A stretch of DNA of 64,000 nt from Nitrosopumilus sp. (GCA_965218785.1 OZ244650.1:672001-736000), one strand, 5' to 3'; shown: positions 48,938 through 61,046, numbered from the stretch's first letter. The notes: generated by a model from the sequence alone, not told the origin. Numbers and translations are program-made.

Positions 48938-49291
48938 GATCCTCCAAAAACCGTATATCCTTTATAATGTATTTGAAGCGAGGTTTGGAATCTCGGTTTA
49001 TGACTAATGATCATCGATTCCATGTGATAAAGTAATGAATACTAGGACTTGTGTGTTTGACCTATCAAAAAGACTGACATCAGATGCAGCTGGCGGTGGG
49101 TACTATCGTTGTTGATTTTGATTCATCCGGATGCCCAGCATCCATAAAATGCGATCTATCCACATTTTCCCTTAGGAAATGAGAAAAAAGCCTCTTTGAT
49201 TTAAGCGATCAGATACCTTGCGTCTTTTTCTCAAATCTGTGGGGAAGACATTTCGCATCATTTTTAATGTATCTTAAATTTTCATAAAATC

Positions 49292-49459
49292 ATGGGTTTG
49301 TTCAAACGCAACAAAGACGACGATAACAAAACAAAATGTGACACGTGTGGGACAGAACTGCATGATCCTGAGCGTTTAAAAAGACACATGAAAAAAGCAC
49401 ACGGAAATGTACCTGCAAAGAAATTGGATCCAAATGCCGGTGATGGTGGAACCTGGTAA
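49292..49459 (+). CDS. 55-aa C2H2 zinc-finger microprotein (not in ORF track)
   Basis: MGLFKRNKDDDNKTKCDTCGTELHDPERLKRHMKKAHG...; stop abuts the next ATG. Confidence 0.8.
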   Translation: MGLFKRNKDDDNKTKCDTCGTELHDPERLKRHMKKAHGNVPAKKLDPNAGDGGTW

Positions 49460-49750
49460 ATGGAACTCAATTCAAGTCAGAAAACCAGTCTGGTTTTTGT
49501 GGGTGCCTTTGTTGTCGCCGGAGTAATTTTATCAACTCTTGTTTTTCCATTCTGGAATCTAATTCGTGAGGATGTCTTTGAGGAAGTAGTGATCCTGATT
49601 AACGATGATGGGGTTTGCTATGTCGAAACCGCAGATAACGTCCCCAAGACCATTTATGACTGTACGTTTAATTCAGGCGAGAATGTCACGATCAAATTTG
49701 GCAAGGGTCTTGCGTGGGCGACAATTGTTTCTCCAGAACCGACGGCTTAA
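49460..49750 (+). CDS. Membrane-anchored hypothetical protein
   Basis: N-terminal TM segment, two Cys. Confidence 0.7.
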   Translation: MELNSSQKTSLVFVGAFVVAGVILSTLVFPFWNLIREDVFEEVVILINDDGVCYVETADNVPKTIYDCTFNSGENVTIKFGKGLAWATIVSPEPTA

Positions 49751-49775
49751 TATTCTGAAAACCCTGTAAAACCGC

Positions 49776-50183
49776 ATGGAGTGTGTCTTTTGTAAAATTA
49801 TCGCCGGTGAAGTTCCTGCAAAAATTCTCAAGGAGACATCAAAGTCAATGTCATTTTTGGACGCATTTCCTCTTGCAGAAGGACACGTACTTGTAATTCC
49901 AAAAAACCACCATCAAAAAATTCAGGAACTGGACTCTGAAGAAAACGCTGATCTGTTTTCCCTTGTACATCAGATGATTCCCAAGGTGGATGAGTTGACT
50001 GGCGCTACTCTGGTTGCAGTACATGATGGAAGAGGCGCCGGCCAGGAGGTGCCACACGTTCACGTGCATCTGGTTCCCAGAAGTGCAGGTGACTCTGCTG
50101 GTACGATTCACAGCATGTTTGGCGCCACATTGAAACTATCTGAATCCAAAATTGAGGAACTTTACAATAAACTAAAAACCTAG
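49776..50183 (+). CDS. HIT-family hydrolase
   Basis: CVFCKI, GH.LVIPK, GQEVPHVHVH. Confidence 0.95.
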   Translation: MECVFCKIIAGEVPAKILKETSKSMSFLDAFPLAEGHVLVIPKNHHQKIQELDSEENADLFSLVHQMIPKVDELTGATLVAVHDGRGAGQEVPHVHVHLVPRSAGDSAGTIHSMFGATLKLSESKIEELYNKLKT

Positions 50184-50185
50184 AT

Positions 50186-50857
50186 TCAATAAGGAAACAG
50201 CCTTTCCTTTACGTCGATATCATCTACGATGATTGCCTTTGTTGGACATGTTCTTGCCGCGTTCATTATCTTGTTCATTCCCGCACCCTTTTGATTAATC
50301 ACTGATGATTTTGGATTTGACTTTGTTTCTCGGTTTATGTGAAAAACATCCGGAGCTATCATTTCACAGCTGCAGCAGCCAATACACAGACTCTCATCAA
50401 CATTTACAAACAGATTTGGCTGCTTGTTGGGCTCTCTTGCCTTGTCATATTCCCCGTTTTTACCGTCTGGTCGTATGCGTTCATTGTAATCTTTCCAAAA
50501 CTTTTGTTCATACTCTTTCCAAAAGTCGGGTTCTCCCTCTTCGAACTCTTTGGTGTATTTGCCCCAGTCTTGTTCTGGAATCTTTTCTTCCTTTGTAGCC
50601 CCCCACTGAGGTTTTCTGGCAAATCCCGCATTGGCTTTGTTTTTGGAATATTCCTGACGGGTTTTCTCCTCGCCACGATTCTTTTTGAGATGGGTGTATG
50701 CCTCTGTAATTTTTTTAAATTCGACATCATCCTCTTGGGTTCCGTTTTTTTTGTCCGGATGCATTTTTAGCGCCAATTTTCTATAGGCTGCCTTGATCTC
50801 ATCCTGGGATGAATCCTGCCCCACATCGAGTACTCTGAATGCCTGATACGTGTTCAC
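50186..50857 (-). CDS. DnaJ-ferredoxin (DnaJ-Fer) protein
   Basis: J domain with HPD; C-terminal CIGCCSC...CP ferredoxin. Confidence 0.92.
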   Translation of the reverse strand: MNTYQAFRVLDVGQDSSQDEIKAAYRKLALKMHPDKKNGTQEDDVEFKKITEAYTHLKKNRGEEKTRQEYSKNKANAGFARKPQWGATKEEKIPEQDWGKYTKEFEEGEPDFWKEYEQKFWKDYNERIRPDGKNGEYDKAREPNKQPNLFVNVDESLCIGCCSCEMIAPDVFHINRETKSNPKSSVINQKGAGMNKIMNAARTCPTKAIIVDDIDVKERLFPY

Positions 50858-50906
50858 TAAAGATAGAAACTAGTAATATGTTAAAAACAATTACACCATT
50901 TTGCCC

Positions 50907-51269
50907 TTATTCAAGCAAAATCTCGTTCTCTGCCTTCCATGCAGGCTCTACTATGCACAAAAACCTCAAATCCACCGAGCCGGTATTTTCAATAAACTGC
51001 CTGGAATTTGGCGGAACATATGCCGAATCGTCTTTTTCAAGATGGTATGTCTCCTCGTCGATCCTCAGCGTTCCCTCCCCGTCTAATATGTAGTATATCT
51101 CAGACGAGCTGATTTTATGAAGCCTGGTTTTTCTTTGAGGCTCTAGTGTAAACTGTGCAATGCTGTAGTTGATTCCGTTTAGGGTGTTGTGCGGATGAAA
51201 ATACTGCCTGATTTTACTTCCCTCATTTCCCTGTATGATGTCTATCTCGGAATTTTTTCTCAGTGACAT
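50907..51269 (-). CDS. Cupin-domain protein
   Basis: H.....E.YYIL.G.G, VPP motif. Confidence 0.85.
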   Translation of the reverse strand: MSLRKNSEIDIIQGNEGSKIRQYFHPHNTLNGINYSIAQFTLEPQRKTRLHKISSSEIYYILDGEGTLRIDEETYHLEKDDSAYVPPNSRQFIENTGSVDLRFLCIVEPAWKAENEILLE

Positions 51270-51274
51270 GCCGT

Positions 51275-51730
51275 TTAAATGATCTCTGAAACTTTGGTCT
51301 TAAAATCAGATTCATACCACACCGTTTTATACGTCGAATTTTTCCTAGGCAGGATGTTTATTGCAATATGGGAAAATGTCTTTTTCTTATTTGTTGAGCC
51401 GTGGATATGAAGCGTCTTTGATGGAATATGTACAATGTCCCCCTCCCTTAGTGGGATTTTCTGCATGCTTTTAATTTTGAAACTGGTTTTATTTGTTCCA
51501 TACCTTTTAAAAATTTCAAGACTGCCACTACCTCTTGTCACAATCAACACCTGGTTTCCATCATGTGTGTGAAGCTTTGTTTTAGATCCCAACTCAAAAT
51601 GAACATGATAGATATCCTGCCCGGCAGTTTCTATCTTTTTTGATAAAACCCTCATCCATGTTTTATTGGTAAACCAGTTTGGATTGATCTCTCTCCTGTC
51701 ATCTGCTCCGTAAATATTTGATTTTTTCAT
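51275..51730 (-). CDS. Cupin-domain protein
   Basis: HTHDGNQVL, GD.VHIP...HIHG. Confidence 0.85.
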   Translation of the reverse strand: MKKSNIYGADDRREINPNWFTNKTWMRVLSKKIETAGQDIYHVHFELGSKTKLHTHDGNQVLIVTRGSGSLEIFKRYGTNKTSFKIKSMQKIPLREGDIVHIPSKTLHIHGSTNKKKTFSHIAINILPRKNSTYKTVWYESDFKTKVSEII

Positions 51731-51731
51731 G

Positions 51732-52097
51732 TTAAATTCTGCCTAAAATCTTTTTTTTCTTTGCTTGGAATTCTTTTTCTGTAATTACTTTGGATTCTCT
51801 CAACTCTCCGAGTTTTTTTAACAACTCTAAATCCTCCTGGGTATTGTAAGTCATGTTTTTAGCAGCAGTTATTCCCTCGTTAATCTTTTTAATTCCTTTT
51901 TTATGCAGCGCCTTGCTCTCTTTTCTTGCCTGACTGTGAAGTTCGCCGCTTGTTTTTTTAGCCTGTTTTGCAGTTATTATGCCAATCTCCACTGCACCGT
52001 CTATTATCTCATCGGCCTTTTTGACTCCGTCTTGTAATGCATTGTCTGCTTTTTTTAGGAATTTTTCAATATAACTGCCTTTTTTTGCGGTCTTCAT
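51732..52097 (-). CDS. SHOCT-domain protein
   Basis: C-terminal LKKLGEL....ITEKEF.AKKKKIL. Confidence 0.8.
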   Translation of the reverse strand: MKTAKKGSYIEKFLKKADNALQDGVKKADEIIDGAVEIGIITAKQAKKTSGELHSQARKESKALHKKGIKKINEGITAAKNMTYNTQEDLELLKKLGELRESKVITEKEFQAKKKKILGRI

Positions 52098-52399
52098 GTT
52101 TATTGTATAATGTCAAATCTATTATCTCTTTCTTTCGTATGTATTTTGTACTCCGGGAGGCATTTGTGTGACTGATGGTATTTTGCCTGTTTTACGATTT
52201 TAGTAGGATGTGACTTGCTTCTTTTAACACAAGGATCAGACCCTGTATTTGCTGGCCTTCAAACCTAACACTTGATATATCTACTTTTAATTATATTATG
52301 ACTGTCTTTTGATTATCACATTTTAGCTACAAGATATATCGCCTATACATAATTGAATTTTCAATTGTGTTTTTGATGATTTCCCTAATGTAATAATGA

Positions 52400-52500
52400 T
52401 TTTTTTGTCCGTTTTTTTCATGCTTTTTTGTGATCGGCAGTCTAGAATAATCTGTGATTCTCCTTCGGATTCGGGGCGGACCTACTTTTCGTGCAATAGA
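52400..52500 (-). mobile_element. IS481-like left-end remnant (third copy)
   Basis: Matches 46420-46516 (ttttttcatg.ttttttgtgatcg...cggat.cgggg.gga...tacttttcgt...ataga). Confidence 0.65.
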
Positions 52501-52552
52501 TAAACTCGACAAAATACAGTCTCTTATATTGATGAATGTCCTATGCTGTATT

Positions 52553-52726
52553 ATGACAGGCAATATGGATAAAACAGAAGACATCAAACTTCCAGGTATT
52601 TTGATACTTTGTGATGAAGAATCAAAAATATTTGAAGAATATGACAAGCGACCATTATCCAAAAAGGAACAAGATATTTTAGAGGATGCAGACAAGTTTT
52701 ATCAAGCTCAATGTGCTAAAACATGA
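52553..52726 (+). CDS. 57-aa acidic protein, putative antitoxin
   Basis: TATA-like CTTATATT about 30 nt upstream; ATGA overlap with the downstream pseudogene. Confidence 0.45.
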   Translation: MTGNMDKTEDIKLPGILILCDEESKIFEEYDKRPLSKKEQDILEDADKFYQAQCAKT

Positions 52727-52877
52727 ATAATGCACTACTTGCAAATCCTACAGACATTACCATAAGAAGTATCTAGATGACGATGATTTTACCAAATTAG
52801 ATCTTACTGATGCAGATGGGTCTGATCCACTATTTGTTGACAAGTTCTTTCACACCAAGGCGATCACATCAAAATAA
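52723..52877 (+). pseudogene. Frameshifted, truncated ORF, possibly a GNAT-toxin N-terminus
   Basis: MNNALLANPTDITIRSI / DDDDFTKLDLTDADGSDPLFVDKFFHTKA. Confidence 0.3.
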
Positions 52878-52956
52878 CAGATTATGTTCCATTTGGTTGG
52901 TTCTAATGATATTGGTAGGACGCTTTACATTGACCATGCATTCAATAATAAATAAT

Positions 52957-53100
52957 AAACTGGAAGAAACATAGGTGATGAATTTGCTTGACAATGCAGA
53001 AAAATTCAGCGGTGGCAAAAACACTTCTAAAAGACACGAACCGGGTCTAATTCCATGTGTGGGGCATTTCCAAACCCAGTGATTCTGGCATAAAATGATG
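52957..53100 (+). pseudogene. Histidine-kinase HATPase fragment
   Basis: KLEET*VMNLLDNAEKFS resembles the N-box; the rest is deleted or decayed. Confidence 0.35.
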
Positions 53101-53227
53101 CCATGACTGGAAAAACGGACTACACTGCAAGGCTGATAACTGCCACAAATTTTCAATTCATAGAAAATTCCCGTTTTCCCCTCCCTGCCAAATATCTGTA
53201 AAGACATCAATAGAATTGATTTAATAG

Positions 53228-53959
53228 ATGGAAACGTGTATTTTGTTTAGTTTGACAAAGAACACCCGTAATGTAAAAGTCACAGTTCTCAGAAAAAACA
53301 TGGATGACATACAGGCCATGGGGATTGTCGAAACAAAGAAGCTCAAACCATTCAAATCCCTATTCTCAAGGCCAAAGCAAGACGAGGTCCACATTCACTC
53401 TCTGAAATTATACTATGAATGCATTTTGATGGTTTCAGGAAGATACGTGGCTGACTATTACAGAAAAGCAACCAATAGAATATCTGTTGATTATAACGTT
53501 CGTGATGTGGTGTTAGGCGATGGCCTCTTTCCAATACGCTCAAAGTCAGAGTTTGCAAAGAAATTTTCTAGAAGACGCGGTAAAAACAAGATCGACTTGA
53601 AACTAGAAGAACACGTATTTATCGAAGAAGAAGACGAGATGGTCTTTGACCAACACGGGCACAAGAGCAAGCCGTTCTTTAAGATAAACTCCAAGACCAT
53701 TGAGAACTATCCAAAAAAGATTCTTAAAAAAAACTCCCAGAACATCAGAAAATCCGAACTGACATATGATGCGGCGCTAGACCGACTTCAAACCATGCTA
53801 AAAAAGCCGTTGGAAACTGACGTCCGGGACTTGTCTGATGAATTTATTCTGCAGGGCATCACCGAGGTTTACGTGCCAGTCTTTGAGGCAAGACTGATTG
53901 GTCCAAAAAGAAAGGTCGGCATCATCCGAATAGACGCCGTCAGAAATAAGGTGTTATAA
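53228..53959 (+). CDS. Hypothetical protein
   Basis: 243-aa basic ORF ending YVPVFE...IDAV. Confidence 0.7.
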   Translation: METCILFSLTKNTRNVKVTVLRKNMDDIQAMGIVETKKLKPFKSLFSRPKQDEVHIHSLKLYYECILMVSGRYVADYYRKATNRISVDYNVRDVVLGDGLFPIRSKSEFAKKFSRRRGKNKIDLKLEEHVFIEEEDEMVFDQHGHKSKPFFKINSKTIENYPKKILKKNSQNIRKSELTYDAALDRLQTMLKKPLETDVRDLSDEFILQGITEVYVPVFEARLIGPKRKVGIIRIDAVRNKVL

Positions 53960-54778
53960 CTTTACTAGCGCCCTGAACCTGATATCATTGTGCATCTGGG
54001 TAAATGCCTTTTCTTCTTTTGCCCATGAACGAATGATTTTTGGGTTTTTTGAGACGGCACGTTTTAACAGATCCATCGCCTCAGAATACTGGCCCAATGC
54101 CGCCTTGCTTCGTGATTTTGCATAAATGACATTTACATTGTCCTTGATTTTTAAGAGAATCTCATCGAATATCTTGATTGCCTTTTCATGCTGTTCCAAC
54201 TCTGCCAATTGAACGCCTTTTTGAAAAAACGCATCCTGATGTTTTGGATATTTTTTGCATACCGTTTGAAAACAATTTAATGACTCTTCGTGTTTTTTCA
54301 TCTTGGCCAGCACTATTCCTTTGTAGAACAACGCATTTGGTTTTTTTGGATCCGTAGATATTGCCTTGTTTAACATTTCAATGGCCTGCAGATGTTCCCG
54401 TAATTTGTCAAGCAGCACCCCCTTGTTAAAATAAGCCGCGGCATACTTTGAATCTGATTCTATTGCCCTGTCATAGCATTCTGCGGCATCCTGTATATTG
54501 CCCATTTCTGCCAATGCGATCCCCTTGTTGTTGAAGGCCTTGGCGTCTTTTGGATTGATATCTAGCAGCCTGTCAAAACAGGTAACTGCATCGCTGTATT
54601 TTTTCATCTGATTGAGGGCCAGACCCTTGTTAAATATCGCCGTAGTATTTTTTGCATCCTGTTTTATGATCTTGTCAAATAATGACACTGCTTTTTTTGG
54701 CTTGCTCTTTTGTATCATGACCATTGCATCATACAGCAGATCCTCTGCCTTTTCATTACTAGAGCCAAACAATCCCAT
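53954..54778 (-). CDS. TPR-repeat protein
   Basis: About 7 repeats of A.FNKG.AL......A..CFD. Confidence 0.92.
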   Translation of the reverse strand: MGLFGSSNEKAEDLLYDAMVMIQKSKPKKAVSLFDKIIKQDAKNTTAIFNKGLALNQMKKYSDAVTCFDRLLDINPKDAKAFNNKGIALAEMGNIQDAAECYDRAIESDSKYAAAYFNKGVLLDKLREHLQAIEMLNKAISTDPKKPNALFYKGIVLAKMKKHEESLNCFQTVCKKYPKHQDAFFQKGVQLAELEQHEKAIKIFDEILLKIKDNVNVIYAKSRSKAALGQYSEAMDLLKRAVSKNPKIIRSWAKEEKAFTQMHNDIRFRALVKL

Positions 54779-55051
54779 GATTTTTACAAAATGGCACTTT
54801 TAATGAAAGTTTGGTTCATCGCACAATTTCCTGACTGCTTTTCTGCCGTTATCTGTCTTTTGGTGTATCTGATGGATTATGCGCGCTTTTTATGCATGCG
54901 CCGAGCTTGTAAAAACGTGGTCTGGAATGCCTTGCCGTCTTTGCATAAGGTACAAATTCCTGAATACGCCATCTTTTAGTATAAATCAATTACCCATGAC
55001 TTGTGCGCAATCCGTTAAATGACATCTGCCTAGTATCGTTGTAAACGTAAA

Positions 55052-57280
55052 ATGAAACGCATCAAACCCGTCCTTACCATGATCTTTTTACTCGGGGTGG
55101 CCGTCATTTTAGCCTCAACTAGTAGTAGTACGGCATATGCCGCAGATGCCGATTCGTATAAGACAATACTGAGAAAAATTGACGCCCTGAGCCTGGGTAT
55201 GACAGACAGCCTCCAGGCAGACATGAGAGACAACTGGGATGCGGTATACTCAAAGCAGTATTCGGTAACTAACACCATGAATTCCATTGACCGACTCGGT
55301 GAGATTTATCAGCAAAAACAGTATCCTCAAATCACAGACTCGATAAGATCGCTTGGCGCATCAATAAGGAATGCCAACACCGTGGATCAGATTATGGAGT
55401 ACCGTGATGATATAGCAAAGCTGGAACAGTCAGTTGAGGTACTAAATAATTCAAATGACATGGAGCAGCTGTTGCTGCATGAGGATGTCTCGGATTTAAA
55501 GACATACCTGCATGGCATATGGACGCCGATACATGCAAACATCCATGAATCAAGAACAGCAGATGACGTCTTGTCATTTCAGACAGACGTTGAGGATATG
55601 GAGCGAACGATACGGTATACTTCAAGCATTTATGAAAACACGCACTCTCCGGTATTTACAATAATAGATCCCCACATAAAGTCAGTGTGGAACAGCTTTA
55701 GGCATGAGGTGCCTGATACCGAGTCCTTGGAGGATCTGGCAAAAGTCACGGCACAGTATTATCATAAGGTAGGCCAGATTGACGGCAAGATAATATCCCA
55801 ATGGGATGCAAAGATTACAGAACTTCAGGTGCATGCCGGACGGCAGGGAAACGCCAAGGATCTCATACTCGTAGAAAATAACATCAAAACACTGGACATG
55901 GTAAAGCACCTGGAAAAAAACGCGAATCCATTTGATGATACGCAGTCCAAAGCGATTCTGAAAAACATAAGCCAGAATTACATAAAGATCAAATCCGACC
56001 TTAAAGAATACGATCTGTATCTTGATGGAAAAAACCAGATGGCACAAAAGGTAACCCAGCTTCTGCACATGGCAAATGACAAATCCAACATGAATAAGAT
56101 GCCTGAATTTGAGTCAAAAATAAAAAACACGCTAAACAGCGTATCACACATCAAAAATGTCTTAAAAACAAACGACTTTAGATACGCGCAACAGCTGCTT
56201 GGTGCCCTGGAACAGCAGTGGCTCAACTTTGAACGATTTTATCCGGAGATACGAAGTTACACGCCCACCTACGAGCAGCAGGATCTCTCAACTGCACAGA
56301 AAAAACAGTTCTATCTCAAACAGATCTCGCAAATCAACTCGCTGGTAAAAAGCCTCAATCTCAACCAGACATCCGCAGACTATATGCAATACAAAAAATC
56401 ACTGCAGGAATCCAGGGCATCCATACTGTATGGAAATTTTCAGACAGGCCATGAAAAAATCTACAAGATCATTGATTTTGCAGGCCAGAAATTCCTGCCA
56501 CACGACCCCAGAATAATCATGGATGTCAGTTATGATGATTCAAACATGTTTACCGTTGCAGGCGCAGTATACAAGCACCATATGAATTCCCGAGACCCCG
56601 TGTCGTTTTATCTTTTTAATCATGATGGTCAAATCGCCAAATTTGATTCTAGAACCGCCCGATCCGGCGACTTTCAGATATTGTGGCGCGCTGACATACA
56701 GCCTGGATTATACATTGCAGAGATACAGCACGGGTCTGCCCGGGAATCACAAATCATCTCAATCTCAGACGGACATCATGAGATGGTCTTCAACCAGGAT
56801 GAAATTGCCATGATGGAGGTGGCAAACACGTTTGAAAATCTGGAGGGTTTTGTAGACAGATTTGAGAGTTCCGGTTCGGGGAGCATGGGAAAGATGCAAT
56901 TGGTCATAAATAAAATCAGAGGGGATCTTACATCTGGACAGCTTGATACGGCTGCAGTGTCCATTCATAAATTCAAAAACAACATAAAATTATACATGCC
57001 CATACAATCATCGACGATTAACATAGATGCGTCTCAAACAGACAGCACGGTGAGGGTCACTGGAAGTATTGCAAAGACTGTAGAATACCGTGAACGGATA
57101 TTTTTAACGGTTTTTGACCATGATGGAAAAAGGGTGTATGAGCAGATTACATATGATGACAAGTACGGCAACATCAATATTGAAATTCCAAAGCACGCTC
57201 TTGCGGGACTGACGGTAATACAGGTGGAATACCACGATTCACTGGCAAGGGACATTATTGAAATAAGTCGGAATCTGTGA
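55052..57280 (+). CDS. Large secreted hypothetical protein (helical N-terminus, two beta-rich repeats)
   Basis: Signal peptide; 742 aa; repeated helix + V.G....R..(V/I)....F.HDG...T...G unit. Confidence 0.8.
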   Translation: MKRIKPVLTMIFLLGVAVILASTSSSTAYAADADSYKTILRKIDALSLGMTDSLQADMRDNWDAVYSKQYSVTNTMNSIDRLGEIYQQKQYPQITDSIRSLGASIRNANTVDQIMEYRDDIAKLEQSVEVLNNSNDMEQLLLHEDVSDLKTYLHGIWTPIHANIHESRTADDVLSFQTDVEDMERTIRYTSSIYENTHSPVFTIIDPHIKSVWNSFRHEVPDTESLEDLAKVTAQYYHKVGQIDGKIISQWDAKITELQVHAGRQGNAKDLILVENNIKTLDMVKHLEKNANPFDDTQSKAILKNISQNYIKIKSDLKEYDLYLDGKNQMAQKVTQLLHMANDKSNMNKMPEFESKIKNTLNSVSHIKNVLKTNDFRYAQQLLGALEQQWLNFERFYPEIRSYTPTYEQQDLSTAQKKQFYLKQISQINSLVKSLNLNQTSADYMQYKKSLQESRASILYGNFQTGHEKIYKIIDFAGQKFLPHDPRIIMDVSYDDSNMFTVAGAVYKHHMNSRDPVSFYLFNHDGQIAKFDSRTARSGDFQILWRADIQPGLYIAEIQHGSARESQIISISDGHHEMVFNQDEIAMMEVANTFENLEGFVDRFESSGSGSMGKMQLVINKIRGDLTSGQLDTAAVSIHKFKNNIKLYMPIQSSTINIDASQTDSTVRVTGSIAKTVEYRERIFLTVFDHDGKRVYEQITYDDKYGNINIEIPKHALAGLTVIQVEYHDSLARDIIEISRNL

Positions 57281-57541
57281 GACTGCTCAGATCAACATCA
57301 TTTGAAATTATCTGCCTTTGTTTCTTCAGATGGGATCAAAGATGCACAAACATTATTGATTTTTGTATTTTAACATACATGACGTGTTGGTGGAGCCGTT
57401 ATTTCTTTGATAACACCCCCAAAATAAATCAGAATCTGATGGCTCTGCCGGCATTAATTATGATACCTGCATCATACTGGCGTATTAAAGCCGTGATCAA
57501 AAAAGGACATTATACCGGTCATTGGAAAGACTTATGCTGGT

Positions 57542-57910
57542 ATGCCCCCGCCTGATTTTGAGATGCGATACCTGGCCAAGAAGGTGCACGTGCATAGGTG
57601 GCCTATGGAGTCTCTGCCCTGGGATGATTCCATAACTGGGAAGATAAACGAGTCAATTAACAAGAATCCTGCAAAAAAGGAGATCACAATCGAGGATAAA
57701 ACCATCCAAATTCAGGGCGTTGAGTTTGGCTCCCTTAAAAAAATCGGAATCTCCGTGCCTTTCTTCAAGGAAGAATGCACGCTGATCTTTGAGGCACAGT
57801 TCGGGGAAGGGTTCTTTGCACATGTCCACATCACCATCAAATCTGTAAATTTTCCTGATGTGTTTGAGCAGCTGATATCCTGGAAACGCAGGTCTTTTCC
57901 AGACGACTAG
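57542..57910 (+). CDS. Hypothetical protein
   Basis: 122-aa ORF convergent with hemL. Confidence 0.7.
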   Translation: MPPPDFEMRYLAKKVHVHRWPMESLPWDDSITGKINESINKNPAKKEITIEDKTIQIQGVEFGSLKKIGISVPFFKEECTLIFEAQFGEGFFAHVHITIKSVNFPDVFEQLISWKRRSFPDD

Positions 57911-57911
57911 T

Positions 57912-59210
57912 CTAAATATTTTCTGATGCCGATGCCATCTTCCTGATGTCCTCCTTGGTGTGTGCGTATGAAACTGCGCCAAGCTTGCCTGGCAGGAAGA
58001 ATATGCCGTCATGGGCAATCATCTTAAAGTGGTATTTTGCAAGCATTGCAGAATCACACTTTGCAGCCTGTGCCGGATTTGTGATTTCAGTCATGCCGTT
58101 TTTTAGAAAATGGGTCATAAACAGCGAGCCCTTTCCAGTCACTGCGACTTTGCCATCAAATGCATTGCCTATCTCTTTTCTTGCAAAATCCCCCAGTGAA
58201 TTTATCCTCACATAAATCTCCTTTTTTGATTTTAAAAGATTCAGTGTTGCAAATCCTGATACCATTGAGGCCGGATTTGCAGAAAACGTACCCCCTCCGA
58301 TATAGGAGCGCTCTGATTTTTTCTTTGCAGTAGTGTCTGCATATTCCATGATCTCTTTTTTCCCACATATTACTCCGATTGCCATTCCCCCACCGACAAT
58401 CTTTCCCAGAGTTACAATATCAGGATCCAGCTTCATGGTGGGATAAAGACATCCATATCTGAATCTAAAGCCGGTAACTATCTCATCTAAAATAAACAGG
58501 GAACTGTTTTTGTGTACAAACTCCTGGATACCCCTGAGATATTCCCCGGTGGCCGGAATACATCCGCCTCCCCCCAGCACAGGCTCGATAATCACACCTG
58601 CCAGATTTTTTGCATGTCTTTTTAGAATTTTTATAGACTCTTCCAAATCATTGTATGGAATTGATATGATCTTCTCCTCGTTGATTATCCCGCTGCTCTC
58701 TGATTCTGAAAACGGCCAGTTCACACTCTTTAACAAATCCGAGGTGTATCCGTGCCATCCCCCGTCAATCTTTGCAATCACATTCCTGCCGGTAACTGAG
58801 CGGGCTAGTCTTACCGCATACATTGTGGCCTCTGTCCCTGATGTGACATAACGGATCTTCTCTGCAACCAGAACCGCCTTTGAAATCAGATCTGATAGTT
58901 TTATTGTCTGCTCATTTACCGTCCCGTACATCCAGCTTTTCTCGATCTGTTTTTTCAGGGACTCTTTGACATTTTTTGGACCGTGTCCCAGAATCAAAGA
59001 CCAGTGTCCCATCCAGTAATCGGCATACCTGTTGCCATCCACATCAACCAGGTTTTTTCCTGCAGATGATTTTACAACAAACGGATATGGATCATAAAAT
59101 CTTATATTGTGAGATACCCCATTGACATGAAGTTTTGAAGACCTTGCAAACATCCTTGCAGACATCCTTGTCTTTCTTTTGTACTCTGAAATGTAGTCCC
59201 TCAAAAGCAA
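57912..59210 (-). CDS. hemL: Glutamate-1-semialdehyde 2,1-aminomutase (class III aminotransferase)
   Basis: [43 protein letters not shown]. Confidence 0.9.
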   Translation of the reverse strand: MLLRDYISEYKRKTRMSARMFARSSKLHVNGVSHNIRFYDPYPFVVKSSAGKNLVDVDGNRYADYWMGHWSLILGHGPKNVKESLKKQIEKSWMYGTVNEQTIKLSDLISKAVLVAEKIRYVTSGTEATMYAVRLARSVTGRNVIAKIDGGWHGYTSDLLKSVNWPFSESESSGIINEEKIISIPYNDLEESIKILKRHAKNLAGVIIEPVLGGGGCIPATGEYLRGIQEFVHKNSSLFILDEIVTGFRFRYGCLYPTMKLDPDIVTLGKIVGGGMAIGVICGKKEIMEYADTTAKKKSERSYIGGGTFSANPASMVSGFATLNLLKSKKEIYVRINSLGDFARKEIGNAFDGKVAVTGKGSLFMTHFLKNGMTEITNPAQAAKCDSAMLAKYHFKMIAHDGIFFLPGKLGAVSYAHTKEDIRKMASASENI

Positions 59211-59357
59211 TTTTCAAAATGGGATCTGCCATTTTAACTATCAAAATAACCATATCTGCGTGTTCTGAGCCATTTCCAGGATCCGGATAAATTCATAAAG
59301 ATAAAATGTGTAATTTTTTCAATTTTTTGAACCGATCAGGCGTGATTTCACGCATGG

Positions 59358-59365
59358 TTTATATG
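59358..59365 (+). promoter_or_regulatory. Probable rRNA operon TATA box
   Basis: TTTATATG about 215 nt upstream of 16S. Confidence 0.5.
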
Positions 59366-59575
59366 GATTCTCTATTCTTTACCTTCTGCATACGTAACGC
59401 AATAGGCGGCGCTTGTGATGAAGTATGGCATTATGCCATTTTGTGATTCATGGGCCTCCAGTTACGCATACAAGAATGAGGATTTGATCAAGTGATCAAT
59501 ATCTGAAATGTGAAGATTATGTGCATCCGTCAATTCCAATAAAGTACAAGTGTACTTCAATAATCAAAATTTCAG

Positions 59576-61046
<1,471 letters not shown>

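Noticed and set aside
48960-49260. Long intergenic stretch as a possible ncRNA or tRNA
   Set aside because: No cloverleaf, boxes or coherent frame; probably decayed coding DNA (likewise 40580-40820 and 44600-44820)
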